Numbered from the stretch's first letter, positions 1 through 13,178 are shown. The stretch: 64,000 nt of DNA from Lama guanicoe (GCA_013239625.1 MU053758.1:2294001-2358000), one strand, 5' to 3'. Translations and numbers: made by a program. The notes: generated from the sequence alone by a model not told the origin.

Positions 1-639
1 TGGGAACGTGTTTATTGTCATAAAGCTATCTATAACCATGTTGTAAAGTTTAAATTTTACTTCTTGTCTATTCCTCTTACTCTCATTCCTTTGAGTCACT
101 CTACACTGTGCTCTTGGTGCAAGAATTGCCCCTCATTTCTGAATCCCCACTACCTAGCACTGTACCTGCGTGTAGTAGGCAAATCTTTTTACTGGGCCTA
201 AAAAGCCTCGTGAAACCCAAACCTCAGCCTCAAACCTTCAATGTGGAGAAAATTCCGTCACTCCTTCCTCTCCCAAGGTCCTTTGAACAGGTCTTTTTAA
301 CTGCTGGGCGGACTTCCCCTCCCCCTCACCCCTCCACTCCACTAAGGCCCTCTTATTCAGATCTCAATTTAAAAGTCTCTTGCCCTGAACTAGAGAAGCA
401 AGCCTTCTCTAAACCCTGACTTGATCAGGTCCTATTATGTTATTTCAAACTTCTAACACCACTTTCACTATCAAAATTAATTAAGTACATAAAAATATAT
501 TTAATGCCTGTCTTCCCTGCTAAACTGAAATCCAGGAAGGCAGCTGCACTAGGTCTATTTCTTTTACTCCTGTGTAGTGATACTGCCTAGCCTAGCCCCT
601 GACTTGTATCAGAGGCTCAATGCGTATTGTTGGGATAAA

Positions 640-752
640 TTGATAGATAAAATACAGAACACTCAGTTAAACTTGATTTTCAGAAAATCAACAGATTTCT
701 TTTAGTAGAAGAGTATGCTCCAAATATTATATAATATAAAGCTAGCAACCGT
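640..752. mobile_element. MER53-like hAT DNA transposon fragment
   Basis: agataaaatacagaacactcagttaaacttgattttcaga...gcaaccgta resembles the MER53 consensus as recalled. Confidence 0.55.
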
Positions 753-2694
753 ACAGTTGATGAAGTACAGAGAGCATTTATGCAAGTGAGAATTTCCAAA
801 GAGTCCATATTTAAAAAGCTTTTTCCTTTCCTCTGGTCAAACAAAGTGCTCTTCATTCAACAAACATCCGCGAAGTCCTAATCCTTTTGTATTAGAAGCT
901 GGTAATATAAACTTGAAAACAGAGCCCCAGCCCTTGATTTATTGTTCTTAAAATATGATTGGTCACTATAATTGTAAGCACTCCAGAATTTTTTGTTAAT
1001 TTATTCTTATGCCCCAATATCACTGTTGGATACAGATGTACATTTCCTCATGGGCGCTCTCTGCAAATAAACGATAATGTCTGTACTAAGTGTAGCTAGG
1101 AAATGTTAAATCTTATAAAGCTTGAAAATTAACTAAACTTTACCAAATTTTGGTCACAGAATAGAATGAGAAGTTCTCATTTGAAAATACAAATGAAATG
1201 ACATTGAAAAATTTGTATGCTAAAAATAAAGATATGAGAAACATGTCATTAAATGAGAAAAACATTCGAGGTACACATAAAAGTAATCTTCATACGTGGC
1301 AAGAAGGGGATGAGGGCAAATATTAAATGACCAAGCTTTGGGGGAGAGTTTAGAGGACTCTTTAAACCTAAAATCTAAATTAACAAACTGGATTTGGCAG
1401 TGGGGGAAGTTATTATAACTATAATTAAATATTTTTTTGTGTGTGTACAGCCTAAAGAGAAGCTTTCTGACTTGTTTTGGGGGGGGGCATTTACAGGGAA
1501 ACTATAGTCATCTCCTGACTAATCACCTAGGGCTTCCCAGAGTTGCCCTGACTCCCTGCCCTGGGAGGTCATGCAAATAAAGCAAATCATGCAGTCCTGG
1601 AATTTCTGAGTTCAAAGTTTTTCTGTAGAGTTAAGCAACCCTTATTTTACAAAGGCATAGCTCTCATCAGTTGTTGGACTAATCCCAGCAGTTTACAGTC
1701 GATTTTGTATTTAAAAATTTAGACGCAATCTGAGATTTCCTAGAATAGAATTTTTCCCAGCTTTATTGAGATATACTTGACTTTACAGTAGAATTTTATC
1801 CACCAAAAAGAGAAAGTGCAGTGCAACAGGAGTAACTGGTTTAGGATTAAAGAAAGCTGTCCCTGCTCCTGGCATTTACTACTAGAGTACATGTGCTCTG
1901 ACTCCTGAGTGTCAGTTTCAGCCTTTAGTTGCATATAATAATATCCATCCTTTATATAACCCACTTTATCAGGTTATTTATTTGTTCAGCTGATACTTAT
2001 TGATAGGCTTAAAAGAGTTCTGTGGAAAATTGAAATGTGCTGTAGAAATTATAAGATATAAAAATTCAGTAGAAAGCTCATTCAGTCATTCATTAGGGGT
2101 CTCTAGTCTGCCTCAATAGGCAACAAACAGATAAATTTCTGCTGTTGGAATGATGCTGGATTAATTTGGATGATGAATTTTATTCTTCAAGATTTTGTTT
2201 GACACATCATTGTAATTCATTCCCCACTTTTCCATTTTATTGTGGGTGTGGGTGCCTCATAGGTCAAAAACTTGATCTAATAGAAAAATAATAGATACAA
2301 AAAAATCATAATAATTTTGCTGAACTCATGCCAATGTTTAATAAGATGGGTCAGTCACTTCATCTAATTGGCCCATTAAGTCTCATGCCATCTGCCATCA
2401 TGTCAGACACTGGAGAGACCTTTAATCCAGGCCTTCTGGCAGCAATGAAAATGAGGAGTTATCACACTTGAGTTCCAGTACTTAGTTCTATCCTCTTTCC
2501 TTTTTTTTCTTGATAGTATTATTTTTGCTTCTATAGATGATTTAAAAGTTGTCATGAAAAACTTTGGTCTTTTTCGTCATGAAAAACTTGGTCTGTTTCA
2601 TTTTTAATCAAGATGTATGGACTCAAACATTTAGGTGAAAAACTTTTTTGGGTACCCATGGGACCCAAAGCAACAAGAACATTTTCAGGGGGAG

Positions 2695-2772
2695 TTTTTT
2701 TTTTTTAAGTTGAGGTACTGGGGATGGAACCCAGGGCCTCAGGCATGCTCTACCACTGAGCTATACCCACTC
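2695..2772 (-). mobile_element. tRNA-derived SINE (vic-1-like), internally deleted
   Basis: Poly-T, then gaggtactggggatggaacccaggg...taccactgagctatacc (reverse B and A boxes). Degenerate TSD cat(t/c)ttcaggg. Confidence 0.8.
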
Positions 2773-3849
2773 CATCTTCAGGGAGTGATTTTGAAAGTGA
2801 TTTTTTCTGCCTTCATTCAGAATGTTTTCTGGCTCCTTATTTACTGGCTGATCTTCCCATCTTTGCATATTACAAATCTTATCCACTCTTCCTAGCCGAA
2901 TTCGAAAGTCTCTTATAAACGCTTTCTCTTAACATTCCTAAACTCCTTTTCAATCTCCACACTGCTCTGTATCATTCTTACGACATTTACCACCTTTTAT
3001 CTTGTGATATGAATATCTTGCCTATATCCTACTTGAGGCCCTCAAGTGGACACTGTTACACAGTAAAGAACCTTCAAGTCACAGATAAATATTTATTGAT
3101 GAAAAGAATGAGGAAGCTTGGACAAGTCACTGATTCTTTATGACTTAGTCTCCTCACGAACATAATCTTATTTCAGAGTGAAGATGGAGTGTGTGCCAAG
3201 GAATTTCAAAAAAGAAAAAGTGAGAGGCAGTGTAAGGTACTTTTTCTTGCTCATGAATATTATGCTTTGCTTGTTCATGATTATAATCTTCTGTGTGAAG
3301 ATAAAAGGCTAAATGATTCCAGAAGATCCTTGAGATGATCTCAAGAGGTGATGAGTTTTCAAGGTCTTAAGAGTTTAAGCAGAACGGAAAGAGTGCCACA
3401 CAACGAAAGAGCTTGCATTTTAGTTTTTTTTTCTTTATTTTGTTTTTGTTCTTCTCTTTTTGAGTTTGTACTTTAGTGTCAGACATGAATTTGAATCTTT
3501 GGCCCTTGATGCCCTAAATAAGTTCCTTAACGAAGTCTGAGTTTCCTTAGCTGTAAAAATAGGGATCAGGAAATCGTGTTCTGCAGGCAGCAAGAGAATT
3601 AGAGATAATGCACGCAGTATACGCTATGTAAGTGGGAAAGGTTGTTAGTATCTAGGGACTTTTGTTGAAATGTCTCCACATTAGCCCTTTGTCCTGTTGA
3701 CCATATTTTCACCCAGGTAATTAAACTTGTTAAAAAGTATGGAAAAATTAGTTTGCGCCAGAGTTTGAGAATATATATTTGTTCAATGATCTATCAATAA
3801 AGTTTTAAATTAAAAAAATTCCTGTTAGCTCCGTTTCGATAAGGCTTTG

Positions 3850-4110
3850 CTCAAATGGGGAGCCAGGATCTTATCGCGAGAATCTGGCGTTTCTTGCTCG
3901 GGACCTGCTCTCGCGTTGTTTGAGCAAGCAGCGGCGAGAGGTGAAAGGGAAGCACAAGATACCGCGAGAATCCAGCAGATTCTTGCGATATTTCCTGGGA
4001 TTACCCCCTCCCCCCCTTCTAAGTGCCGTTTCGGTTTAACCTAGTGTGTGACTGTGAGTCTGTGTGAGGGAGCGAGTGTGTGAGGTGTTGAGGTGAGGCG
4101 GAAGCTAGAA
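3850..4110 (+). promoter_or_regulatory. CDK12 TATA-less CpG-island core promoter
   Basis: CpG density rises sharply from ~3830. Four TCTCGCGAGA-like elements (3872, 3909, 3960, 3981) and an ETS-like GGCGGAAG (4097). Lies immediately upstream of the GC-rich leader of CDK12 exon 1. Exact TSS cannot be determined. Confidence 0.8.
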
Positions 4111-4612
4111 AAGGGGCTCCCTCAGGAGCGAGGGACAAAGGGGGCGTGAGGCACCTAGGCCGCGGGACCCCAGCGACAGGAAGCCGCCCCGAGCCGGGCT
4201 ACCGGGTAGGGGAAGGGCCCGCGCAGTCCTCACAGGGCCCCGGAGCCGGAGTCGGCCCCTCAGCACCGGGCCGTTGGCTTCCTACTTCCTCGACCTCCCC
4301 GGCGCCTGGGCCTGGGGATTGTCTCGGCTGGGGGAGGAGGGGAAACTGACTTGAGCGGCTACCCGTTGTCTCGCAACTCCATTGCTGAGGAACTCTCATT
4401 TCTTCCCTGGCTCCTTCACCCCCCCCCCACCTCATGTAGGAGGGTGCTGAGGAGTCGGGAGGGAGGAGGAGCCTGGGCTACCGTCCCTTCCCTCCCCACC
4501 CCCTTGAAGGGGCGCTTTGGTAGGCGTGGGGTTGGGGTTGGGGGGGAGGGTGGGGGTGACTTTTTGGAGTGCTGGGGAACTTTTTCCCCTTTTTGAGGCC
4601 AGGGGTAAGGGA
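4045..4612 (+). other. CDK12: CDK12 5'UTR (approximate start)
   Basis: GC-rich leader contiguous with ATG 4613. It resembles the human CDK12 mRNA leader as recalled and contains a single upstream ATG (4434). Confidence 0.7.
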
Positions 4613-5661
4613 ATGCCCAATCCAGAGAGACATGGGGGCAAGAAGGACGGGAGTGGAGGAGCTTCTGGAACTTTGCAGCCGTCATCGGGAGGTGGCAGCT
4701 CCAACAGCAGAGAGCGTCACCGCTTGGTGTCGAAGCACAAGCGGCATAAGTCCAAGCACTCCAAAGACATGGGCTTGGTGACCCCCGAAGCAGCACCTTT
4801 GGGTACAATTATCAAACCTTTGGTGGAGTATGATGACATTAGCTCTGATTCTGATACCTTCTCTGACGACATGGCCTTCAAACTAGACCGGAGGGAGAAC
4901 GATGAACGTCGTGGAACTGATCGGAGTGACCGCCTGCACAAACATCGCCACCACCAGCACAGACGTTCTCGGGACTTACTAAAAACTAAACAGTCGGAAA
5001 AAGGAAAAAACCTGGAAGCCTCCAGCAAGTCGGGATCAATGAAGGACAGGATCTCAGGAAGTTCAAAGCGTTCCAATGAGGAGAATGATGACTATGGGAA
5101 GGCGCAGATATCCAAAAGTAGCAGCAACAAGGAGTCCAGATCATCCAAACTCCATAAGGAGAAGATCCGGAAAGAACGTGAGTTGAAGTCTGGGCATAAA
5201 GATCGGAGTAAAAGTCATCGGAAAAGGGAAACACCCAAAAGTTACAAAACAGTGGACAGCCCCAAACGGAGATCCAGGAGTCCCCACCGGAAATGGTCGG
5301 ACAGCCCTAAGCAAGATGATAGCCCCTCAGGAGCTTCTTATGGCCAAGATTATGAGCTTAGTCCCCCAAGATCGCACACCTCTAGCAATTATGACTCCTA
5401 CAAAAAGAGCCCTGGGAGTACCTCAAGAAGGCAGTCAATCAGCCCCCCTTACAAGGAGCCTTCGGCCTACCAGTCCAGCACCCGGTCACCCAGTCCCTAC
5501 AGTAGACGACAGAGGTCGGTGAGTCCCTACAGCCGGCGACGTTCATCCAGCTATGAAAGGAGTGGCTCCTACAGTGGGAGATCCCCCAGTCCTTATGGCC
5601 GAAGGCGGTCCAGCAGCCCTTTCCTGAGCAAGCGGTCTCTGAGCCGGAGTCCGCTCCCCAG
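4613..5661 (+). CDS. CDK12: CDK12 coding exon 1 (N-terminus, RS domain)
   Basis: MPNPERHGGKKDGSGG...SRSPLP; ends CCCAG|GTGAGC; 1049 nt, phase 2. Confidence 0.98.
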
Positions 5662-6529
5662 GTGAGCTATTTGACTGACAATCTTTTATTTCTTAAGATG
5701 GGTTATGGAACTGGCAATTAGACCTGTTACCATTTTCTTAAAGCCTCAAGTACTCGTGATTGGCTAGAACACTTTGCTATTGGTTAGTCATCATGTAGGT
5801 GAGTCTGGTCTCCTCTTAACCCAGAATTCCAGAAGTGGAGAGTTCATGTGCCTAAAACTTGATAAAGGTAGGTACTTCCAGTGGTAGAATCTTCCTTTGT
5901 AAGTTCTTGTGTGAGAAAAATCATAGGCTTCTGCTTACTGAGTATGTAGAGTTGATATACACCCTGGTTCCCAGAGCTTATCTGGCTATTTTCATTGCTT
6001 TGTCTTAAATTTTTGAAACTCACCTTGGTATTAATGCTTTAAACTTACTTCATTCGACCTGATTGGAGATGTAAGAAATTACAAATTTTAGTTTGCATTA
6101 TCTCAAGGCTATTTGCGTAAGTCATCTGCCATTTGTGCTGACCACTGAGTCTCCCAAACCTGTAAGTTTATTTCCTAATTGACAATTTCTTAATAACTTA
6201 AAAAAGACTCCTTTCACCTGATGTTTCTAGTGGAAATCCAACTCATTAGTTCTTTTTCCTTTTGATGGTATAGCCTAGCAGAAATTGGTTCCAAGGATAG
6301 TTTGATTTGCTTTACAGCATCACCATTGACCTATCTTGTGACCATGGGCAATTTTCAAAATCTTTCTCTTAAAAAATGGTAATATACCTTTACCGTGATA
6401 TTTTTGTGAGACAGACATGTTAGTTTTAAATGTAATTGTTGGAGTCAATTGTCTACTGAAAATTGTTCTTGTTCCTAGGTGATGAGATGTACTTCCCTCT
6501 TTGTAGACTCACCATTTTCCACAAAAGCA

Positions 6530-6740
6530 GAACATGGGCTTTGGAGTTATGTCTAAGTAGAATCCTAATCTTGCTTCGTGACCTTTGGCAAATAATTTAA
6601 TTTCTCCATGCCTGAGTCTCTTTATGTGTAAAATGGGAATAATAACTACCTACTTCTAGAGTTGTTGTAAGGATTAATTAGTTAGTAAATGTAAAATGCA
6701 TGGCACAGTGCCTGTTACCTGGGACCAGTCAGTAAATTCT
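6530..6740 (+). mobile_element. MIR SINE
   Basis: Core gtgacctttggcaaa...tgtaaaatgggaataataactacctacttc...gttgtaaggatta. Confidence 0.75.
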
Positions 6741-9608
6741 GTCTATGAATGAGGAAAATGTTGTTGAACACTAGCAGAGAAATTATGCTAATTTGAAAAA
6801 TCCATGCATGTCTTTTACATGTCAGTGTGAGTAGTTTTGTTGACTTAAATTATTCATAAACTAGTTTGAATTCATCAAGCTGCAAGAGTTCCTAGCTGTC
6901 AGAGTCTGAAGTTCTTAGTTTTTTTCCCTCCATTTTATTCAATTTTTCAAACACAGAAGAGTTGAACGAATGGTAGTGAGGACCCATTTATGTACCACCT
7001 AGATTCTGCAGTTAATATTTGCTATATATTTTATCTACTCTGTCCATCTCTCTCCGTCAAGGCATCTTTTCATTTGTTTTGATTTACCTCAAAGTTGCAG
7101 ACATCAGTAGACTTTATGAGAAACAGTTTAGCATGTATTCCATTAGCTAGGGTTCACTTTTTTTTTTGGAGGGATGATGGGTAATATTTATATACAGTGA
7201 AATGTATGTCTTAAGTGTACCATTTGTAAGAGTGTTTAGTTTTTTTTTTTAAGGAAGCCTAAGAATTATTCTCAGAATATTTGTTTTCTTGAAGGAGTAG
7301 TTTCATTAAGGCTGTTCAGAGAATTTTTATTTTAATGAGGTTTGGGAATACAGAATTGCATTGAGGCTAAAACACTAAAAGGAGTTTCAGTCAAAATTGC
7401 AGCTTTGCAGTGATTCCTTTTGAATTCATATCTTGAGTTCTCTCTTCCTATGCTCACTTAATTGAAACTAGTGCAGTAATGGTAAAAATAAATCAAGATA
7501 GAATTGGGGACACAGTAAGATAGTATAGGACAGAAATATAAACCCTACATAATAATCCTGTAGTCACATGCACATTTTTAGTTGGCTTGCAGATAGCATT
7601 ATATGTTTGTATGTGTGCATTATGTACTTTTTCTCATTCGCTGAAATTCCAAACAATAAATACAGAAATTTCTTTAAGAGTCAGAGTAGAGAACATACAG
7701 ATCCCTTTGATGGTATTCTCTGTTTTCCTTGAGACAGTCAAAATTAAACAAGAGATACCATTTCAAAAGACTGAAAATGGATTGGCAGAAATACAAGGTC
7801 TTTGCATCCACCAAATTTGTAGTGATTAACAGCAGCAGTTTCTTTTCAAATGGCTGGAACCTAACATAATTCAAGGAAAAAATATATTTGTTTTTTAAGA
7901 CAAATGTTTTTATTGTTGCCTACATTTGCATATTTGTTGTCCCCATTCCCCCCTTTTTTCCTTGAAAACTGGATCTGAACCTCAAATGTAACATTTGTAT
8001 AACTAAAAATACCTTAAGTATATGGCCATCCAAATGTCCTATTAACAGTACGCTTCTGTTCAGAAATTGAAAGATTTATAGCAGAGTTCCTTAGGAAGAT
8101 TTAGTCATGCTGAAAAGATGAAAGAAACAGTGGTTTGTAGAGCATGGTCTCTGACATTACCTAGTGTTTTCCTGAGATAGAGATGTTGGTTTTATCCAAC
8201 CTGTAATTCAATCACGGAAAATTTGTTTCGGGCAATTATTTATAAGAGAAATATTAGTTTTCTTAAGGGTAAGTGGGTAATTGGTAAATCCACTTAACTA
8301 ACTTTAGTGTTTTATATCCTGATGTTCATATGTATGTTATTTTGAGTACTCTGATGCCAAAGATGACTTTATATTTTAACTAGCTTTTTGAAGGCAAATT
8401 TCCAAAAAGCATTATAGGTTTAAGAAAAATAACATCATGTGAGTTGTTTCCCTTACCATGTATCTGCTGTTTGTTTTGAAACGTTTTGAGAATCACATCA
8501 GTCTTACCAATGATCAAAGATAAAGGGGGATACTGAAGGTGTGGAATGGGAGCAGTTTGTTTTAGACTACTGGGCAAATTATGTTTTATGTCCCATCACA
8601 TTTTTTGTGCTAATGTTTTTTTTTTTCCCCTAAAATTGAGGCCTGAGCATGTTAGGCTTTATTAAAAAGCAAAACGAATGAGGGTTTGGGTTTCAATTTA
8701 GAATAATCTGCCTTATAGATTCCTGGATTTTACTTCCCAGTCCTTCCTTAATAACAAAGAAAATAAATTGAACATACAATAATACCTTGCTTTATGAGTT
8801 CTTAAAAAGTTGATTGGAAATTATTTTATATTGGAAAGTACCAGAAGCCATCATAGTTTTGAGAATTTCTACTAAATTATTTTGGTAAGACAGTTTCTCT
8901 AGTTTATCTAGTTTATAATCCTAACTCTTGTGTCTTGAGGGTTTGTTTAATAGGCACAACTTAGTTATAAACTGAGGATACGAAGAACAAAATTCTTTAC
9001 TGGGATTTGTCAAATAGCGAGTTCTAAAAAATTAGGTTTTGGTGAAGCATGCTAGTTACTTTTAACTTCCTAATTGGTATAACCCACCTTTAGCATTAAG
9101 TATGACTTTTTAAAATTATGTTTTCACTTTATCAAATATTTAAACCAAAAATCTAAAGGTAATCATGAATATGAGTATTTTCCAACATGAAAAAAAAATA
9201 TGCATCCATCTTCCTTCAGAGAATAAGTAGTGGATGATTTTTTAGTGTTATATGATTGAAATATGTTGCCATGCAGGAGTTATTTCTTTCTAATCTATTA
9301 AGTAAAAAACAATTTTAAATTTACAGAAAAATTATAAAGATCAAAGAACTATTTTATGTCCCCCATTCAGTTTTCCCTGTTATTAACATCTTAACATTTG
9401 TTACATGGTACATTTGTTATGATTAATGAACCAATATTGATGTATTATTATTATAATTTGATGGTACCTAATCTGTTTTTAAAATTGCTTAATTACTCAA
9501 AGTGGGTCTTTTTTAAGTTACAGTTCTCCATAGTTTATTTAACTAATCTGTTTTCTTCCATGTTGCTGTAGTCTATCCATTTTAAACTGCTTTTATTTTT
9601 TTTTCCAG

Positions 9609-10493
9609 TAGAAAATCCATGAAGTCTAGAAGTAGAAGTCCCACATATTCAAGACACTCATCTTCTCATAGTAAAAAGAAGAGATCCGGGTCACGCAGTC
9701 GACATTCCAGTATCTCACCTGTCAGGCTTCCATTGAACTCCAGTTTGGGAGCTGAACTCAGTAGGAAAAAGAAGGAAAGAGCAGCTGCTGCTGCTGCAGC
9801 AAAAATGGATGGAAAGGAATCCAAGGGGTCACCTATATTTTTGCCTAGAAAAGAGAACAGTTCAGTAGAGGCTAAGGATTCAGGCTTGGAGTCTAAAAAG
9901 TTACCCAGAGGTGTAAAATTGGAAAAATCTGCCCCAGATACTGAAATGGTGAATGTAACACATCTTAACACAGAGGTCAAAAATTCTTTAGATACAGGGA
10001 AAGTAAAGTTGGATGAGAACTCCGAGAAGCATCCTGTTCTTAAGGATTTGAAAGTACAGGGAACAAGAGACTGTAAACCAATAGCACTGAAAGAGGAGAT
10101 TGTTCCTCCAAAAGAGACAGAGACATCAGAAAAGGAGACCCTTCCACCTCTCCCCACAGTTACTTCTCCACCTCCTTTACCAACTACTTCCCCTCCACCT
10201 CAGACACCCCCCTTGCCGCCTTTGCCTCCACTACCAGCTATTCCACAGCAACCACCTCTGCCTCCTCCCCAACCAGCATTTGGTCAGGTTCTTGCTTCTA
10301 GTACTTCAACTTTGCCCCCTTCTACTCATCCAAGGACATCTACTCTGTCCTCTCAGGCAAATTCTCAGCCCCCTGTACAGGTTTCTGTGAAGACTCAAGT
10401 ATCTGTAACAGCTGCTATTCCACACTTAAAAACTTCAACGTTGCCTCCTCTGCCCCTCCCACCCTTATTACCGGAAGATGATGACATGGATAG
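9609..10493 (+). CDS. CDK12: CDK12 exon 2 (RS end, poly-Ala, proline-rich)
   Basis: Acceptor tttttccag|T; encodes (S)RKSMKSRSRS...DDDMD(S); donor AG|GTAAGT; 885 nt. Confidence 0.98.
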
Positions 10494-13178
10494 GTAAGTC
10501 ACGTCGTTAACTGGAAAAATTTAACTCTCTTGATCTAAGTGTAATGTATTTTCTGTTCTCAAACTTCGTCAAAATTGCTCTAATGCATGGCTGTTGAGCA
10601 TGCTGTTATGAATAGGAAATGCCTCTGATGTTTGGTTTTCAGTGGAAAAGTCCTTATGTGTGACATTACTAAGAAAAGAGAATTACAATTTGAGGGCCAG
10701 TAACCCTTTTTCTCATAGGTGTATTTACTGATAATTTTGATTCAGATTTTTAAAAATCAAGGGTTTTCTCCGTAAATTTTTGTATTGAAAAATTTAACAT
10801 TAAATAGCTGTAGAAAAATCAAAAGATTATAATTAACACTCTTATACTCTTCACTTAGATTCACCAGTTGTTAACTTTTTGCCACATTTGTTTTAACTGT
10901 AGATGTCATGACACTTCTGAATACTTTATGTGCCTCTCCTAACAAGAACATTTTCCTATATAATCACAACTTTATCACCCTAAAAAAACTACCATTCATT
11001 TAATAATATAACTAGCATATCAATAATAATAATAATATTAAATATCCTCAGTATTCCCAAAAATGTCTTTTACAGCTGTTTTTTTTTTTTCTCCTCCTGA
11101 TCAGGAAAAGTGCTGCTTTAAAAAAAATTTAATTATCCTGTAAGAAGCAAAAGGACAATATGTAGAATCTTTGCTAATTAGAATATAAATTCACAATAGG
11201 GTGATGGGAAAAGCTCTAATTTTAATGAGTCCTCTGAGTATTGAGAACTGACATGATTATGAAGCATGAATCTGATTTCATGGGAGGCATTAAGAAATAT
11301 ATTTGTTTAATTTCTTGGTAGGGCTATCTAGGCAAGTACCACCAAACAAATATGATTTAGCAGTGACGTATGCCATGACAGTCTTTGTGTTACTGTTTTT
11401 TCTGTGAAGACCCTGCCCTCTTGTTCTCTGGGATATGAGTTTCATTTTTTGCAACAAACTTTCACTGTAAACATAAAAATAAGTACGTGGATCTTGCATC
11501 CCAGACCAATTCCAAGCCTCCATTACTTTCCAAGTGACATCAGTAGTTTGAATGGTGATACATTTCAGCCCTTTAGGTCTATATTTTTCAGACTACCCTC
11601 TGTGCCTTTTAAGAAGGTGCAAGTATAAGCAGTGAGAGGAAAGATTATGTAAAAGAATGGCTCCATTTTTATTCATAATGGTAAATCTGATTTTAGAGAA
11701 AAATTCCACATGCTGTTTCTAATGTTAATAGGTATGTATGAATTCTGCCACATCCTGAGAACTACAAAGGAGAAGAACAGAACCTGAAATTTATGTAGAA
11801 AAATTTGTTTGAGGTACACAGTATACTTCTCATAGATACAAGCTATGTATTTTTAAAGTTTTTGTTGGAAAAGAAAGTAGTTGAGTATCACGCAAAGGAA
11901 ACATAAGCCACTATCTATCCACAGGAACCTTGTTTAAATACTAGTTTATGTAGTGGCTAGAACAGTATCAGCATGGATAAGAATCTTCGTTTTGGGAAGT
12001 TTACTTGGGTAACCAAATAGCTGTTGGACCTACCTACCATGTGTCAGCATGCAGATTTCCAGAGGTGAAACAATATTGATGGAGGGCATATAGGGATTTC
12101 TATCTTTCACACTGGGGATAAAGGATAAAGTAAGACCATTCAGTGCTTATTTGCGTATGTGTGGCTATCTTTAAGAATGTATAAGAAAGAGAATGAAGTG
12201 AGAAAAACTTTGTTATGTATCAATTCTGATTCCAGAAGTATGACTATTTAGTAGTCCAATATAATTATATTTTAATATATCATTAATACCAGTTTTCCAC
12301 ATACAGCATAAGTAAATTATTAAAGGTAGAAAAATGGAAGTGAAGATTTCTTCCACTATCGATTTTATTTTTTCACTATGTACTAATTTAAAATTCAAGA
12401 TTTTTTTTGTTTTTGTCTTTATTTGGTGCCACCCTATCCATGTCCTAGCTGTACTTATCTTTCACATGAAAAATAATTTAATAATTTTATGTAAGAAAAC
12501 TTTTTAGGAAGAAATCTGAAAGTTGTACATGGGACTCATATTCCTCTCTATATCTTTCATGTGAGGCTGCAGCAATTTAAATTTTAACAATATAACTTAT
12601 ACATCTTTTTATTGCCTACAGTGCTTTGAACATAGAACACAGAATGCAATCATTAGATGTTGATTATTTGAATAAGTAAAACTGCTGAAGGAGCCAGGAT
12701 CAGGGCTTGTGTGAAATGACACCAGGCATGTAGTTAGAAATCATTTGGCATATTCATGGCATAAAGCTTATATTATAGGATTTGTCCTTTTGGGAAAACA
12801 ATGAAACTTTTCTTTCAAACATATATATTGGGCAAGAGTATTAACCCACGTATCAAATGTAGGAGTAAATTTAACTAATAGTATTGAAAAAATCTTTCTG
12901 ATTCATGGCCTGTAATTCTTAGTTTCAAGAAGCAAAGGCTAAAAAAATAAATAAATAAAAAATAAAAAGTAAAGGCTGCTGGACATCCACTTTGATAGAA
13001 CATTCTTTGTGAACACAGCTATTCATGGTGATCTGTTGCTTTTAAGGAGATCATCTGTGTACACTTCTTTAAATTTTTAATTAACTACATAGGGTTTTTT
13101 GAATCTTCATTTTTTATTTTTTTGATATCCTTGTTCATTTGGAGTTTATCAGACTTCAGTAGAGTCTACATTGTTCTT

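Noticed and set aside
1..3800. MED1 (head-to-head neighbour in human) or a bidirectional partner gene
   Set aside because: No recognisable exon or second CpG island; mostly old repeats. MED1 is probably outside the window.
4517..4612. 32-aa N-terminal extension of CDK12 from a TTG in the ORF track
   Set aside because: Non-AUG start running through low-complexity G-runs, bounded by an in-frame TGA at 4505. The known protein starts at MPN (4613).
9666..10157. 163-aa antisense ORF and other ORFs overlapping CDK12 exons
   Set aside because: Shadow frames of real coding sequence with no independent protein features.
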